The notes beneath the pieces were generated by a model. It had not been told where the DNA came from. It made no database searches and worked only from the letters and a program-made list of their open reading frames with translations. From Phormidium sp. (GTDB lineage: Bacteria; Cyanobacteriota; Cyanobacteriia; Cyanobacteriales; Aerosakkonemataceae), in the NCBI GenBank assembly GCA_051013385.1, contig CP143273.1, positions 160,001 through 224,000 on the forward strand: 64,000 bases of DNA. The letters are read 5' to 3'. This document shows positions 1-9,927 of the stretch, in pieces (position 1 is the first letter of the stretch; every line of letters starts with the position of its first letter). Both the position numbers and the translations under genes were made by a program.

Positions 1-914
<914 letters not shown>

Positions 915-1004
915 CAATACTATTTTGGATTTTAGATTTTGGATTTAGGATGGGAAAAACCGTACAAAATAGCACTCTGGTTAAAATAAAGCGGTTAAAA
1001 TCAC

Positions 1005-1119
1005 CGCGCAGGGCGGTTAAAACCGCGACTACACAAAACTTAGTCCGCTTGACAAGGACTCAAAAACCTGCGTAGGCAGGTTTTGTCTGTATAGCCCGCG
1101 ACTTGAGTCGCAGGGGCGA
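1005..1119. repeat. Multi-hairpin REP/MITE-like intergenic element
   Basis: Hairpins such as aaaacctgc-gtag-gcaggtttt and gcgact-tg-agtcgc; related segment near 38931-38978. Confidence 0.6.
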
Positions 1120-1621
1120 TTAATTTTTCCGATTAATCCAATCTTCGCCGCCTGGTAAATCTACTAAAATTTCTTCTATTAATGCGGGTAATTCTTTAGG
1201 TGAGTAGTTCGATCGCTCTTTGCAGCAATTGCGGTTTATCTAACATTTCCGAAAGTTGAGAACGGGTATATTTTCCTTCGAGTACTTCTTCGCTGGCATC
1301 TGCGATCGCCTTCTCAATCACTTCTTCTTCAATCAAATTTTCCCATTCATCCAAGTTTATATAATAAGACGTTTTGTTTTCTTTGAGATTCAAATCATAA
1401 ATTTCTAGAATTGCATTCCGAATTGATACAGCCCAAGAACTAGTTAATCTTTGTTCAATTTTATTTTTAATCAAGTGAATTAGTAAAACTTTCAAAAATG
1501 CCTTGATTTTCCGCAGAATTTCTTTTTTGCTCATGCCTTCTAATTCATCTACGATCGCCAAAGCATCGCTGTAACGCCCCTCTAAAATACTATTTCTTAA
1601 ATCTATCAGTTCTTGCGTCAT
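1119..1621 (-). pseudogene. DUF29 family protein with frameshifted C-terminus
   Basis: ORF 1196-1621 MTQELIDLRNSILEGRY...; tail PKELPALIEEILVDLPGGEDWINRKN continues in another frame. Confidence 0.7.
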
Positions 1622-1653
1622 CTGTCCTAACCTCTTTTAAAATATTGAACTTG

Positions 1654-1923
1654 TTAGTAAACCTCATCGTGAGTTCCTATATCAATTAGTAACACTTGAT
1701 TTTCAGACAAAAATTTAAAAACTAGCCGATACTCGTAGGTAATACTCAACGCCCAGTAGCCTTCAAGATTTCCACTTAAACTATGTGTTCTCAAAGATCG
1801 ATGAAAAGGCTCGTTGGTAAACAGAGAGATTTTCTCCTGAAATCTTTCAACGAGGTCAGGATGTTTCTTGCGCCACTTTTTTAATATTCGTAAGAATGGC
1901 TCATCCGCAATAAGCTCAATCAT
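1654..1923 (-). CDS. Type II toxin, YafQ/RelE-family mRNA interferase
   Basis: LRTHSLSGNLEGYWALSITYEYRLVF...DIGTHDEVY; overlaps upstream antitoxin. Confidence 0.85.
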   Translation of the reverse strand: MIELIADEPFLRILKKWRKKHPDLVERFQEKISLFTNEPFHRSLRTHSLSGNLEGYWALSITYEYRLVFKFLSENQVLLIDIGTHDEVY

Positions 1924-2134
1924 CGTTTGAATATATCATCAAATCTTCTACAGTATAAGCGCGAACATTACCTAATTTATAATTCTCCTCAGCTTCTTTA
2001 GCTCTTGAGGCGATTTGATTCCTTCTCAATTCAATCATCCTTTTGCTAAGAATTTCAGCGATATAAAACTGGTCTTCAACATCTAAATTAGATAAAGCTT
2101 GCAAAATATCATTTACCTGAGTTGATGTCTTCAT
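1916..2134 (-). CDS. Antitoxin partner of 1654-1923
   Basis: 72 aa, overlaps toxin start by 8 nt. Confidence 0.7.
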   Translation of the reverse strand: MKTSTQVNDILQALSNLDVEDQFYIAEILSKRMIELRRNQIASRAKEAEENYKLGNVRAYTVEDLMIYSNDD

Positions 2135-2174
2135 GGCTTTAGGATATCTCTTAACTCAATTTATACCTCTATTA

Positions 2175-2711
2175 TCATAACTTTTTTTCTACTTCCTCCA
2201 AAGGCAAATCGAGAACTTGGGCAATTTGCTCTGCTGTTAACCCGACTTTTATTAATCGCGGTATTGTTTCCCATTTAGCTAATTTTCGTCCTGTTTCAAT
2301 ATTGTTAGATGTGCCATTAATATCTGTAGGAGTTTCTGTAATAATTGATTCTAAATTTTCTAATTCTGATTTTTTGTTAACTTGTGAAGGCTTAGAACAA
2401 TTATTAATATTACCACCAATAACATAGTTACCTATATTTTGTTGAGAATTATAAAAAGCTAATCTTTCAACTGAAGCGCGAAAATTTGACTTATTTAAAT
2501 CTTCTCCCAAAGCTTCACCAAGAATTTCCCAAAGTGCATAAGCTTCATCTTTTGCATGACCTCGCGTACACTGATATTCTTTAGCAATCTCAGCATATTT
2601 CTGACCGTTGAGAACGCCTTTTATAATTGCTCTTTGCAGACTATCAAGATGTTTACCAGTTTGAGCGAACATCAGTTCATCCAAATATTTCAACACCTCT
2701 ATTACATTCAT
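2175..2711 (-). CDS. HTH protein (vWA-MoxR-associated N-terminal HTH-like) with Rpn-like C-terminal tail
   Basis: HLDSLQRAIIKGVLNGQKYAEIA...LWEILGEALGEDLNKSNFR; tail GLTAEQIAQVLDLPLEEV; probable start ATG 2711 (ORF open to 2744). Confidence 0.65.
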   Translation of the reverse strand: MNVIEVLKYLDELMFAQTGKHLDSLQRAIIKGVLNGQKYAEIAKEYQCTRGHAKDEAYALWEILGEALGEDLNKSNFRASVERLAFYNSQQNIGNYVIGGNINNCSKPSQVNKKSELENLESIITETPTDINGTSNNIETGRKLAKWETIPRLIKVGLTAEQIAQVLDLPLEEVEKKL

Positions 2712-2733
2712 AGCTTTTGCATTAAAACCCATT

Positions 2734-2811
2734 TTATCCGTCATTATCCGCTATTATCCGCCCCTTGTAAACCTTTTTAACATAACTCCCGTCAATATCC
2801 GTCTTTTTCCG
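2734..2811. promoter_or_regulatory. Two triplets of 10-bp-phased (T)CCG direct repeats, putative operator
   Basis: TTATCCG at 2734, 2744, 2754; (C/T)CCG at 2788, 2798, 2808; between divergent genes. Confidence 0.5.
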
Positions 2812-2916
2812 CCACTAAAAAATACTGATGAGTTTTGAAATTCTGAGAATAGGGTAAGTAGGATTACCAGAGTTCACTGGTCAGATTTTCTAACATCACA
2901 CGAGGAGATTGGCTGT

Positions 2917-3297
2917 ATGGAATGGTTAGAGGGAATTTTTGAATGGTTAACAGAATTATCTGATGTTAATGGTGATAATTTTGTGGATCTTAGTGATCTG
3001 TCAGCAGGAGCTAGTCAGGCAGTAGAAAATGTATTCGATTTGGTTGATTATAACGACAATGATGTAATTAGCTCAGAAGATTTTGGACTAATGCTACAGG
3101 ATTATTTGGATAACAACAACAATGAGGTAATTGATTTAGAGGATTTTGGATTAATGCTAATGGATTATTTCGATAAAAATGGGGATGGTCAGTTTAATTT
3201 TATCGATAATCAAATCATCAAGCATGCAGCTCAGATAGAAGAGGATTTTGGGCCTATTGCAAAAAAAATATTTCTCCAAGCAGCAAAACTAATTTAA
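2917..3297 (+). CDS. EF-hand calcium-binding protein (4 loops)
   Basis: DVNGDNFVDLSD, DYNDNDVISSED, DNNNNEVIDLED, DKNGDGQFNFID; GAGGAG RBS. Confidence 0.75.
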   Translation: MEWLEGIFEWLTELSDVNGDNFVDLSDLSAGASQAVENVFDLVDYNDNDVISSEDFGLMLQDYLDNNNNEVIDLEDFGLMLMDYFDKNGDGQFNFIDNQIIKHAAQIEEDFGPIAKKIFLQAAKLI

Positions 3298-3368
3298 CCG
3301 TGCCTTTGAGAGAGTGAAAATCACTTGAGAATTTAGACATTTTTGTACTTGATTGCGGAGGAATACAA

Positions 3369-3803
3369 ATGAGTAAGCTCAATGTTACTCTTGCTATGAT
3401 TGCCATTTTGACAGCGCCAATATTTTTATCTAGTTGTCGAAGTATTTCGGACGATATTGCAAAGATGGCTAGACAAGGAAGTAAAGTAGGAGATGATATT
3501 CCTCAACAGGTTGCTGTTCCTAATAACAGAACTACTGTTTCACCAATAGTTGCAAAAAATGTAGATCAACATGAACTGCTTAATAAATGTACACGCCAAA
3601 CAGGTAAAAGTGCTGTAACTGTAGCATGGGAGCAAGCCAAATCTTCGGGTTTCCAGGTATCGGAGCAATATTTACTTAATGTTGCTAGAGATGCAATCCA
3701 AAAATGTCTTCTTGGAAAAGTGGGGGACAAAGTATTAGATGAATTAGCTAAATTAGCAGTTTCAGAATTTAAGCAGGAAAATCCGCAGGCAGAACAAAAC
3801 TGA
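3369..3803 (+). CDS. Putative lipoprotein
   Basis: Signal peptide with lipobox LSSC; GGAGG RBS. Confidence 0.65.
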   Translation: MSKLNVTLAMIAILTAPIFLSSCRSISDDIAKMARQGSKVGDDIPQQVAVPNNRTTVSPIVAKNVDQHELLNKCTRQTGKSAVTVAWEQAKSSGFQVSEQYLLNVARDAIQKCLLGKVGDKVLDELAKLAVSEFKQENPQAEQN

Positions 3804-3932
3804 ATTAAGCAGAATTAAAATGATGTAGGTTGGGTGAACTCACAGTAAATTAAAAAAGTGATATTTTTAGATTTTACTACGTTAAACTCAACCTACAACT
3901 AAAATGGAAGGGCTATGAGGCGCAATTGTGAA

Positions 3933-3975
3933 GCGATCGCACTTCCATAAATTCACCAATAAAAAAGGCGATACT
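3933..3975 (+). repeat. Double-HIP1 repeat, copy A
   Basis: GCGATCGC-acttccataaattcaccaataaaaaag-GCGATACT then ATAAT. Confidence 0.85.
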
Positions 3976-4007
3976 ATAATAAAAATGAGTAAAAAAATCT
4001 TATTATT

Positions 4008-4226
4008 ATGCAGTATCCCCTCAACAATATTTCACAACCAGTTGTGGGTAGCGAAGCTAAAAAGATAGTCGATGCCATTAAATCAGGTAGCTATGTAGCT
4101 AACGAGCCAGCTATCGCCACAGCAAAACGTATTGCCGATCGTCGTAAGCAACAGAAAAAACCTGAAACCCTTAAAGGTAGTAAAGTAAGATATTCAAGAT
4201 TTTTACACATTTTTCGCCCACAATAA
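4008..4226 (+). CDS. Small hypothetical protein
   Basis: 72-aa ATG ORF just downstream of TATAAT at the end of repeat A. Confidence 0.45.
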   Translation: MQYPLNNISQPVVGSEAKKIVDAIKSGSYVANEPAIATAKRIADRRKQQKKPETLKGSKVRYSRFLHIFRPQ

Positions 4227-4280
4227 ATGCAAGATTATCACATCTTTTGGCGCAAAAATCTTGCCTTTTCGAGGAAAATT

Positions 4281-4344
4281 GTAGGGACACGGCATTCAAA
4301 AGGTAACGCAGTAGTTGCAAATATTATTGATGCCGTGTCCCTAC
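4281..4344. repeat. REP-like inverted repeat
   Basis: GTAGGGACACGGCAT ... ATGCCGTGTCCCTAC, 15-bp arms. Confidence 0.75.
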
Positions 4345-4383
4345 CCTCACCAACAGACTTTTTCAGCAAATCCTACGAAGGAG

Positions 4384-4426
4384 GCGATCGCACTTCCTTA
4401 ACTTCACAAATAAAAGGTGCGATCGT
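4384..4426 (+). repeat. Double-HIP1 repeat, copy B (diverged)
   Basis: GCGATCGC-acttccttaacttcacaaataaaaggt-GCGATCGT, same 35-bp spacing. Confidence 0.8.
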
Positions 4427-4483
4427 CTCTACAGTAATTCAAGGAAGCGATTACAATAAGAAAACAAGTTAAAAATTCGGATC

Positions 4484-4777
4484 ATGAGCCAAAATACTAC
4501 CTCAATCAACACAAAATTGATTGACTCTCTTGCTCAAATTATCCTCTCTCTTACCGACGAGGAACAGCAACTTTTAGCCCAAAAAATACAGAATCCATCT
4601 TTATCTAGTGAAGAACTTCAAAAGAAACGGGAACCTTTACAGCATGACATCGCACTAGGCGTGGAAGAACTGAAGAATGGAGAATACGCTGAGTATGTTG
4701 ATTCCACACTACCCAATTTACTTGATAACATCAAAATGCGGGGCAAGCAGCGACTTCAACAGGAGCAATCCCAGTGA
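4484..4777 (+). CDS. ParD-like antitoxin
   Basis: LQHDIALGVEELKNGE motif; 4-nt overlap with toxin. Confidence 0.7.
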   Translation: MSQNTTSINTKLIDSLAQIILSLTDEEQQLLAQKIQNPSLSSEELQKKREPLQHDIALGVEELKNGEYAEYVDSTLPNLLDNIKMRGKQRLQQEQSQ

Positions 4778-5061
4778 ATCGCTACCGTTTATCACGACAG
4801 GCAGAACGAGATTTAGAAGATATTTGGGTTTATCTAACACAGCAAGATGAACTATTAGCAGATCAAGCAATTGCTCAAATTTTGGATCGATTTCCTATGT
4901 TGTCTCAATTTCCCAATATGGGCAAGCAACGAGACGATTTGATGGCAGGACTCAGGAGTTTTCCTGTTAAGCCATACATTATTTTTTACAATAAAATTGC
5001 AGATGGTATCGAAATTGTCAGGGTTTTACATCAAGCAAGAGATATTGACAGTCAGTTTTAG
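4774..5061 (+). CDS. ParE/RelE family toxin
   Basis: YRLSRQAERDLEDIWVY...GLRSFPVKPYIIFY...EIVRVLHQARDI. Confidence 0.9.
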   Translation: MNRYRLSRQAERDLEDIWVYLTQQDELLADQAIAQILDRFPMLSQFPNMGKQRDDLMAGLRSFPVKPYIIFYNKIADGIEIVRVLHQARDIDSQF

Positions 5062-5103
5062 CGATCGCACTTCCATAAATTCACCAATAAAAAATGCGAT
5101 CGC
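5061..5103 (+). repeat. Double-HIP1 repeat, copy C
   Basis: 35 bp (5060-5094) identical to 3932-3966; second HIP1 at 5096; TATAAT at 5105. Confidence 0.85.
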
Positions 5104-5136
5104 ATATAATGCACACAGAGTTGACTAAAATTAACT

Positions 5137-5466
5137 ATGTCAGTTGTAGAAGCTAAGGTCTATGTAGAGTATCGGAATGGAGGTTACTCGATTGTAGGAG
5201 AGCGAATCTCTCTGGATTCAATCGTATATGCTTTCCGTAACGGACTCTCAGCTGAAAGCATTGTTCAGTCTTTTCCATTACTAACATTAGAACAAGTTTA
5301 TCGAGCGATCGCCTTTTACCTTGCCAATCGTGCTGAAATTGATACTTACCTTTTAGAAGAAGAGGCAACATTTGATGCTATGCCTCAACCTTTACAACAG
5401 AACGAGCCAAATTTATATAACAAATTAATATCAGCTAAAGGCAAAAGGGCTAAAATAACCAAGTAA
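5137..5466 (+). CDS. DUF433 family antitoxin-like protein (no adjacent PIN toxin)
   Basis: RISLDSIVYAFRNGLSAESIVQSFPLLTLEQVYRAIAFY. Confidence 0.85.
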   Translation: MSVVEAKVYVEYRNGGYSIVGERISLDSIVYAFRNGLSAESIVQSFPLLTLEQVYRAIAFYLANRAEIDTYLLEEEATFDAMPQPLQQNEPNLYNKLISAKGKRAKITK

Positions 5467-5476
5467 AAGATCAGAT

Positions 5477-5839
5477 ATGAACAAACTATTCTTTTCCGGC
5501 GTACTTCTAACTATAATTTTTTCAGTTCAAAATTCATCTTTTGCCCAATCATTGCCTAGATTGCGGCGAAATATGAATTATGCTCAAGTCAGAACTATGT
5601 TAATTAAGCAAGGTTGGCAACCTGTAGTTAATTCCGAACAAGTGAATAATCGAGTTCCCAACAGCACGATCGACTATTTAATCAAAAAAGGCTATACCGA
5701 AATTGTTGATTGTTCTGGAACAGGATTAGGGCTTTGTTTGTTTCAATTTAGGAATGCTAAAGGACAAAACCTTTTTATAACAACGATCGATAATCAGTCT
5801 GGACAAGAGAGTAAGATCTATGGTTGGAGGAGCGAGTAA
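5477..5839 (+). CDS. Secreted hypothetical protein
   Basis: Signal peptide; YAQVRTMLIKQGWQP and CSGTGLGLCLFQF motifs. Confidence 0.65.
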   Translation: MNKLFFSGVLLTIIFSVQNSSFAQSLPRLRRNMNYAQVRTMLIKQGWQPVVNSEQVNNRVPNSTIDYLIKKGYTEIVDCSGTGLGLCLFQFRNAKGQNLFITTIDNQSGQESKIYGWRSE

Positions 5840-5897
5840 TTATTTTTAGCTCGGATTAGCTAGTTTGTGAGATAATGTCTTCCATTAATTTCTACTT

Positions 5898-7484
5898 TTG
5901 CCAGGAAATTTGAAAATAGTGGATACTTTACCTGACAACTACGCAGATACCAACAAGGTGCAGCCGAAAACCTGGAAAGTTATTAATCAGCTGGCTTTCT
6001 TGGCGATCGCTTATGGCATCATTATCCGTTTAGCACAGTACATAAGCAACCGTTCTTTATGGGGAGACGAAGCATATATTGCCCTAAATATAGTCAATCG
6101 CTCTTACTTAGAATTACTGCAACCTTTGGATTACGATCAAGCAGCACCTCCGGGATTTTTGTGGGTAGAAAAACTGGCAGTGCAGTTATTTGGTAATAAT
6201 GAATATGCGCTGCGATTGTTTCCTTTAATTGCTGGGATTGTTTCTTTATTTGCGCTTTATCAACTAGGAAAATGGACGGTATCTGCGATCGCTCTACCCA
6301 TTGCTTTAATTTTGTTTGCTTGTTTGAAATATCCGCTTTACTATGCTACCGAAGTTAAGCAATATTCTAGCGATCTCTTGGTAGGATTGTTGCTTTGTTT
6401 GTTGCTGATTCCGTTGCGCGATCGCATTTTGAAAAAAAGCAAAGTTTTCCTACTCGGATTCCTGGGAATACTTGCGATGTGGTTTTCCCATACTGCCATT
6501 TTCCCATTAGGAGGAGTCGAGTTAGCCAGCTTAATTACTTGTTCTCCTCAAAAACGAAAAGCGATCGTAATTAATCGCTTACCAACTTATTTAATTTGGC
6601 TAATTGGTTTTGCACTTTACTACTTTTTCATCATCTCCAAATCGCTGAAAAATGAATCGCTGCAATCCTCTTGGAGTCCAGAATATCCCACAAGCATTTT
6701 TGATATACTTTGGTTGTTAGACTCTTTCGGCAGATTCTTTCATAAACCATTAGGTTTTGCTGGTGTAGCAGATGGAATTGCTATTTTCGCCTTTGTTATT
6801 GGCTGCATTACTTTGTATAGAAATAACCGGATTAAGTTGTTAATTTTAATCTCTCCCATTATGGCTACCTTGACTGCTACTTATTTGCATAAATATCCCT
6901 TTCGGACTCGCTTAATTTTGTTTTTAACACCATATTTTATTTTAATTATTGCTGAAGGTGCGGCTTTTCTTTTGTCTCGCCTGAATCTTGCCAAATTTAA
7001 CCAACAGCAGAGAAGCAAGTATGTAGGGATTTTCGGAATAGTTATTAGTTGTTTCTTAGTTTTACCGCCTGTATTTCAAGCAGGAGGATTCTTATTTCAG
7101 CCAGAAAGTAAATACGAACTTCGTCCGGTAATTGCTTATATCAAAGAGAATAAACAACCTAACGATGTGCTATTTGGTGATGGGGGAGGAACTTCAGCAC
7201 AGTTGGAATATTACGCCCAAAAATATGGCTTTTCTAAGTCTCAATACGTGACAGGTTATAATGATTTTTTGAAAAAAGAAGCAATTTCTGACCAAGTTTG
7301 GTCAGACTACCGACAGCAATTTAGTCAGCTACAAAATCAACCGCGAGTATGGTTTTTGTTTTCTGGAATTGGGTTAAAAGAGAAAAGAGGAGAGATAGTT
7401 GAACCTCGGCTCGATCGCATAGGTAAAAAAATCGATTATATTGGAAAACCGGGAGCATTTGCCTATCTTTATCAGCTGAAATAA
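5898..7484 (+). CDS. GT-C fold membrane glycosyltransferase (family 39/ArnT-like)
   Basis: RSLWGDEA loop, PPGF, YATEVKQYSSD, many TM helices. Confidence 0.8.
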   Translation: MPGNLKIVDTLPDNYADTNKVQPKTWKVINQLAFLAIAYGIIIRLAQYISNRSLWGDEAYIALNIVNRSYLELLQPLDYDQAAPPGFLWVEKLAVQLFGNNEYALRLFPLIAGIVSLFALYQLGKWTVSAIALPIALILFACLKYPLYYATEVKQYSSDLLVGLLLCLLLIPLRDRILKKSKVFLLGFLGILAMWFSHTAIFPLGGVELASLITCSPQKRKAIVINRLPTYLIWLIGFALYYFFIISKSLKNESLQSSWSPEYPTSIFDILWLLDSFGRFFHKPLGFAGVADGIAIFAFVIGCITLYRNNRIKLLILISPIMATLTATYLHKYPFRTRLILFLTPYFILIIAEGAAFLLSRLNLAKFNQQQRSKYVGIFGIVISCFLVLPPVFQAGGFLFQPESKYELRPVIAYIKENKQPNDVLFGDGGGTSAQLEYYAQKYGFSKSQYVTGYNDFLKKEAISDQVWSDYRQQFSQLQNQPRVWFLFSGIGLKEKRGEIVEPRLDRIGKKIDYIGKPGAFAYLYQLK

Positions 7485-7693
7485 TTAACAGTTAAACAGT
7501 TAACAAGTTACTGATGGCGATCGCACTTCCCAGAGGCGATACCTGCTACCCAGAAGCTTGGCGAGCCCTCTGATACCAGTAGCAATCCAAATTCATCTTT
7601 TTTCCCCAACTATCTCTTTTAGAAAAGTCTCTGTGGGAATTATCTAATCCAAATAATCTCGGTTGAAAAGGTTGATTAATTAGCATTTGTAGA

Positions 7694-8515
7694 TTAGTTT
7701 TTAGCTGAAGTTGCTAAGTACAATTTTGTGGAGTAAATGAGGCGAACTCGACCTTGATTGTCACAAAAACGATCGCGAAATTCCCCCAAATTTAAAATCA
7801 GTTTTTCCAAAGCAGTACCCCCTTGGGGAGTAAAACCTTGACTTCTCGCTAATCCAACTAATCCGGCTAAGTCCAAATGCTGCTCAAAAGTAAAAGTGTA
7901 ACGATGCAGATCTTTAAAATAGGGAAGCCACAATCCTTGCCAAAATAGTTGATAGCGTAAAGTTTTCAATAAGGCTTTTATTTGTGGTTGAGATGAGGTT
8001 TGGTTTTGGCGATCGCTACTTGCCGCAAAAAGTAACTCAGTATAAGCTTTAGAAGTAATATCTGTTTGTTTCCAAAAGTTCCAAATTAAAGCCAATCTTC
8101 CCCCAGGTTTAAGAATTCGATGAAACTCCTCAAGGCTTTTCATAAAATCAAACCAATGGAATGCTTGAAAAGAAACAACTAAATCTACAGAAGCCGTTTT
8201 TAGAGGAATTTTTTCTGCCGTTCCACTCAAAAACTCCAGCCTTTCATGAGATGTTGCAGCGTTAAACATATCAGCATTAGGTTCGATCGCCAACACCCGA
8301 ACACCTCGATTTGCCAGCAACGTCGAACCAATTCCTGTTCCAGCACCAATATCAGCAGCTAATAATTCATTAGGAGATTTTAAACCTGACAAAATCCTGT
8401 CAATTGCTGAATCTGGGTAAAGAGGACGGTATTTTTCGTAATCTTCGCCCAGATTACAAAAGTAACTCAAAGGATTAGTTACTGAGTCTTTAGCGTTAGA
8501 AAAATCGAACCTCAT
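7694..8515 (-). CDS. Class I SAM-dependent methyltransferase
   Basis: ADIGAGTGIG, IEPN, QAFHWF, RILKPGG. Confidence 0.9.
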   Translation of the reverse strand: MRFDFSNAKDSVTNPLSYFCNLGEDYEKYRPLYPDSAIDRILSGLKSPNELLAADIGAGTGIGSTLLANRGVRVLAIEPNADMFNAATSHERLEFLSGTAEKIPLKTASVDLVVSFQAFHWFDFMKSLEEFHRILKPGGRLALIWNFWKQTDITSKAYTELLFAASSDRQNQTSSQPQIKALLKTLRYQLFWQGLWLPYFKDLHRYTFTFEQHLDLAGLVGLARSQGFTPQGGTALEKLILNLGEFRDRFCDNQGRVRLIYSTKLYLATSAKN

Positions 8516-9253
8516 TTATTTTTTTGCAGCTTTGATAAATTTTCCCTTAGCAAAAGTCTGACGCACTAACCGAGAGATGAAAATTATGCCAGAAGTTGCC
8601 AGACGATAACTTTTACGGACAACATTTAGCAGAAAATACGGCACTCTTAACCGCAGAGGATAGAACAGGGGAAGGTACAGCCAGTAATATGCCCGTTTGA
8701 GATCTTCCCACTTAGTACAAGCTTCCAGATGCAGGAAGTCAGAGATATCTACAACTAACCCTCTTCCTTCATACAGCATCACATTGCGACCATGAACATC
8801 ATGTGGGTAAAGTCCGCGACTCTTAGCATAGTCCAAGGCTGCATCGATATCTTGTATCACTTGTTTGGGAATTGGGATACCCTTGTGAAGGCAATCATAG
8901 AGAGTGACTCCATACAACCGCTTGAGAACCAAAACGCCATTTTCCCCATAGAAACACTCAGAAAATGCTGGATGAGAACCTAAGCGACGGTAGACTTCTA
9001 ACTCTTCTTCAAAACCCGGACGCGAAGGTGCGTAAATCTTCACCACCACTTCTGGATAATTGGGATGACAGACGACTGCGGCATAGTTCCCCGTACCAAT
9101 AAGTTGCCAGGGTGCAGGCAAATGATTCACTACTACTGGATCGTGGGGATCAATGCTAACAATTTGTAGTCCAGGTAGTAGTTCAGTGTGAATAGTCTTG
9201 ATTAGCTGATTGATGTGCAGTTGATTCATATAAACCTTAAATATCCGGTTCAC
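8516..9253 (-). CDS. Atypical Ser/Thr protein kinase
   Basis: IGTGNYAAV, VVKIY, HDVHGRNV, VVDISDF. Confidence 0.8.
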   Translation of the reverse strand: MNRIFKVYMNQLHINQLIKTIHTELLPGLQIVSIDPHDPVVVNHLPAPWQLIGTGNYAAVVCHPNYPEVVVKIYAPSRPGFEEELEVYRRLGSHPAFSECFYGENGVLVLKRLYGVTLYDCLHKGIPIPKQVIQDIDAALDYAKSRGLYPHDVHGRNVMLYEGRGLVVDISDFLHLEACTKWEDLKRAYYWLYLPLFYPLRLRVPYFLLNVVRKSYRLATSGIIFISRLVRQTFAKGKFIKAAKK

Positions 9254-9462
9254 AGATGCCCCAAGAACATTAGAGATCCTTATAATCTACACCTTTTAAA
9301 ACTCCAATTCCTACTTCTAGCGCCCGCAATTAGCTATACAACAGCCAAGAGTAAGTGGCTCAAACTATTGTTGCTGAACCTTTTTACCTACTAGGTTAAC
9401 TCACCATAGCTATAACTTATCGCAACTATCAGCAAGACTCTTACCACAAGTCGTTTAATCTA

Positions 9463-9501
9463 TTGACATATTGTAAATATTTCGTTACATTTATTTACAT
9501 A
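9463..9501 (+). promoter_or_regulatory. Sigma70-type promoter overlapped by HLR1 (RpaB) site
   Basis: TTGACA(9463)-N17-TACATT(9486); HLR1 GTTACATT-TA-TTTACATA at 9484-9501. Confidence 0.8.
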
Positions 9502-9529
9502 AGGTAACAAAAGAGAGAGAGAAAAAGAA

Positions 9530-9697
9530 ATGTACACCACTGATGACAGAGGGATTTTGAACAACTACGCTGTTGAACCCACCGTTTACTATGCTGAGTA
9601 CCCTTCACAAGAGCAACAGCAAAAGTACCTTTTCCAAGGTGCGGTAGCAGTTCTGTTGGTTAGCCTGTTAGTTTTGACTGCTTTTGGGGTTAGCTAA
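9530..9697 (+). CDS. psb34: Photosystem II assembly protein Psb34 / Ssl1498 family (55 aa; absent from ORF track)
   Basis: MYTTDDRGILNNYAVEPTVYYAEYPSQEQQQKYLFQGAVAVLLVSLLVLTAFGVS. Confidence 0.9.
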   Translation: MYTTDDRGILNNYAVEPTVYYAEYPSQEQQQKYLFQGAVAVLLVSLLVLTAFGVS

Positions 9698-9755
9698 GGA
9701 TTAAGAAGATTTGAACCAAACTGAATCGCGTCGATTATCGGAATTCTCCTCAATG

Positions 9756-9782
9756 AGCCTCAGCGTAAAAGCTGAGGTTTTT
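9756..9782 (+). terminator. Intrinsic terminator
   Basis: CCTCAGC-gtaaaa-GCTGAGG-TTTTT. Confidence 0.8.
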
Positions 9783-9927
9783 GCTATTTATGCCGATTCA
9801 GGGATAATTCAAATATGCAAAAGTACAACAGATAAATGCAGCGGTACAAAAGCCGATCGCCAAATTAAAAAACATTCTCTCTGATGAAGTTTTGCTCCTG
9901 ATTCAAAAGTTAGATAATTGGTATTTT

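Noticed and set aside
950..965. Possible K-box upstream of groEL
   Set aside because: Only a partial match to GTTCGG-NNAN-CCNNAC
4227..4472. 81-aa ORF
   Set aside because: Made of REP/MITE and HIP1 repeat sequence
3932..5103. 35-bp direct repeats as a CRISPR array
   Set aside because: Intervals are 400-630 bp and contain genes; no cas genes in window
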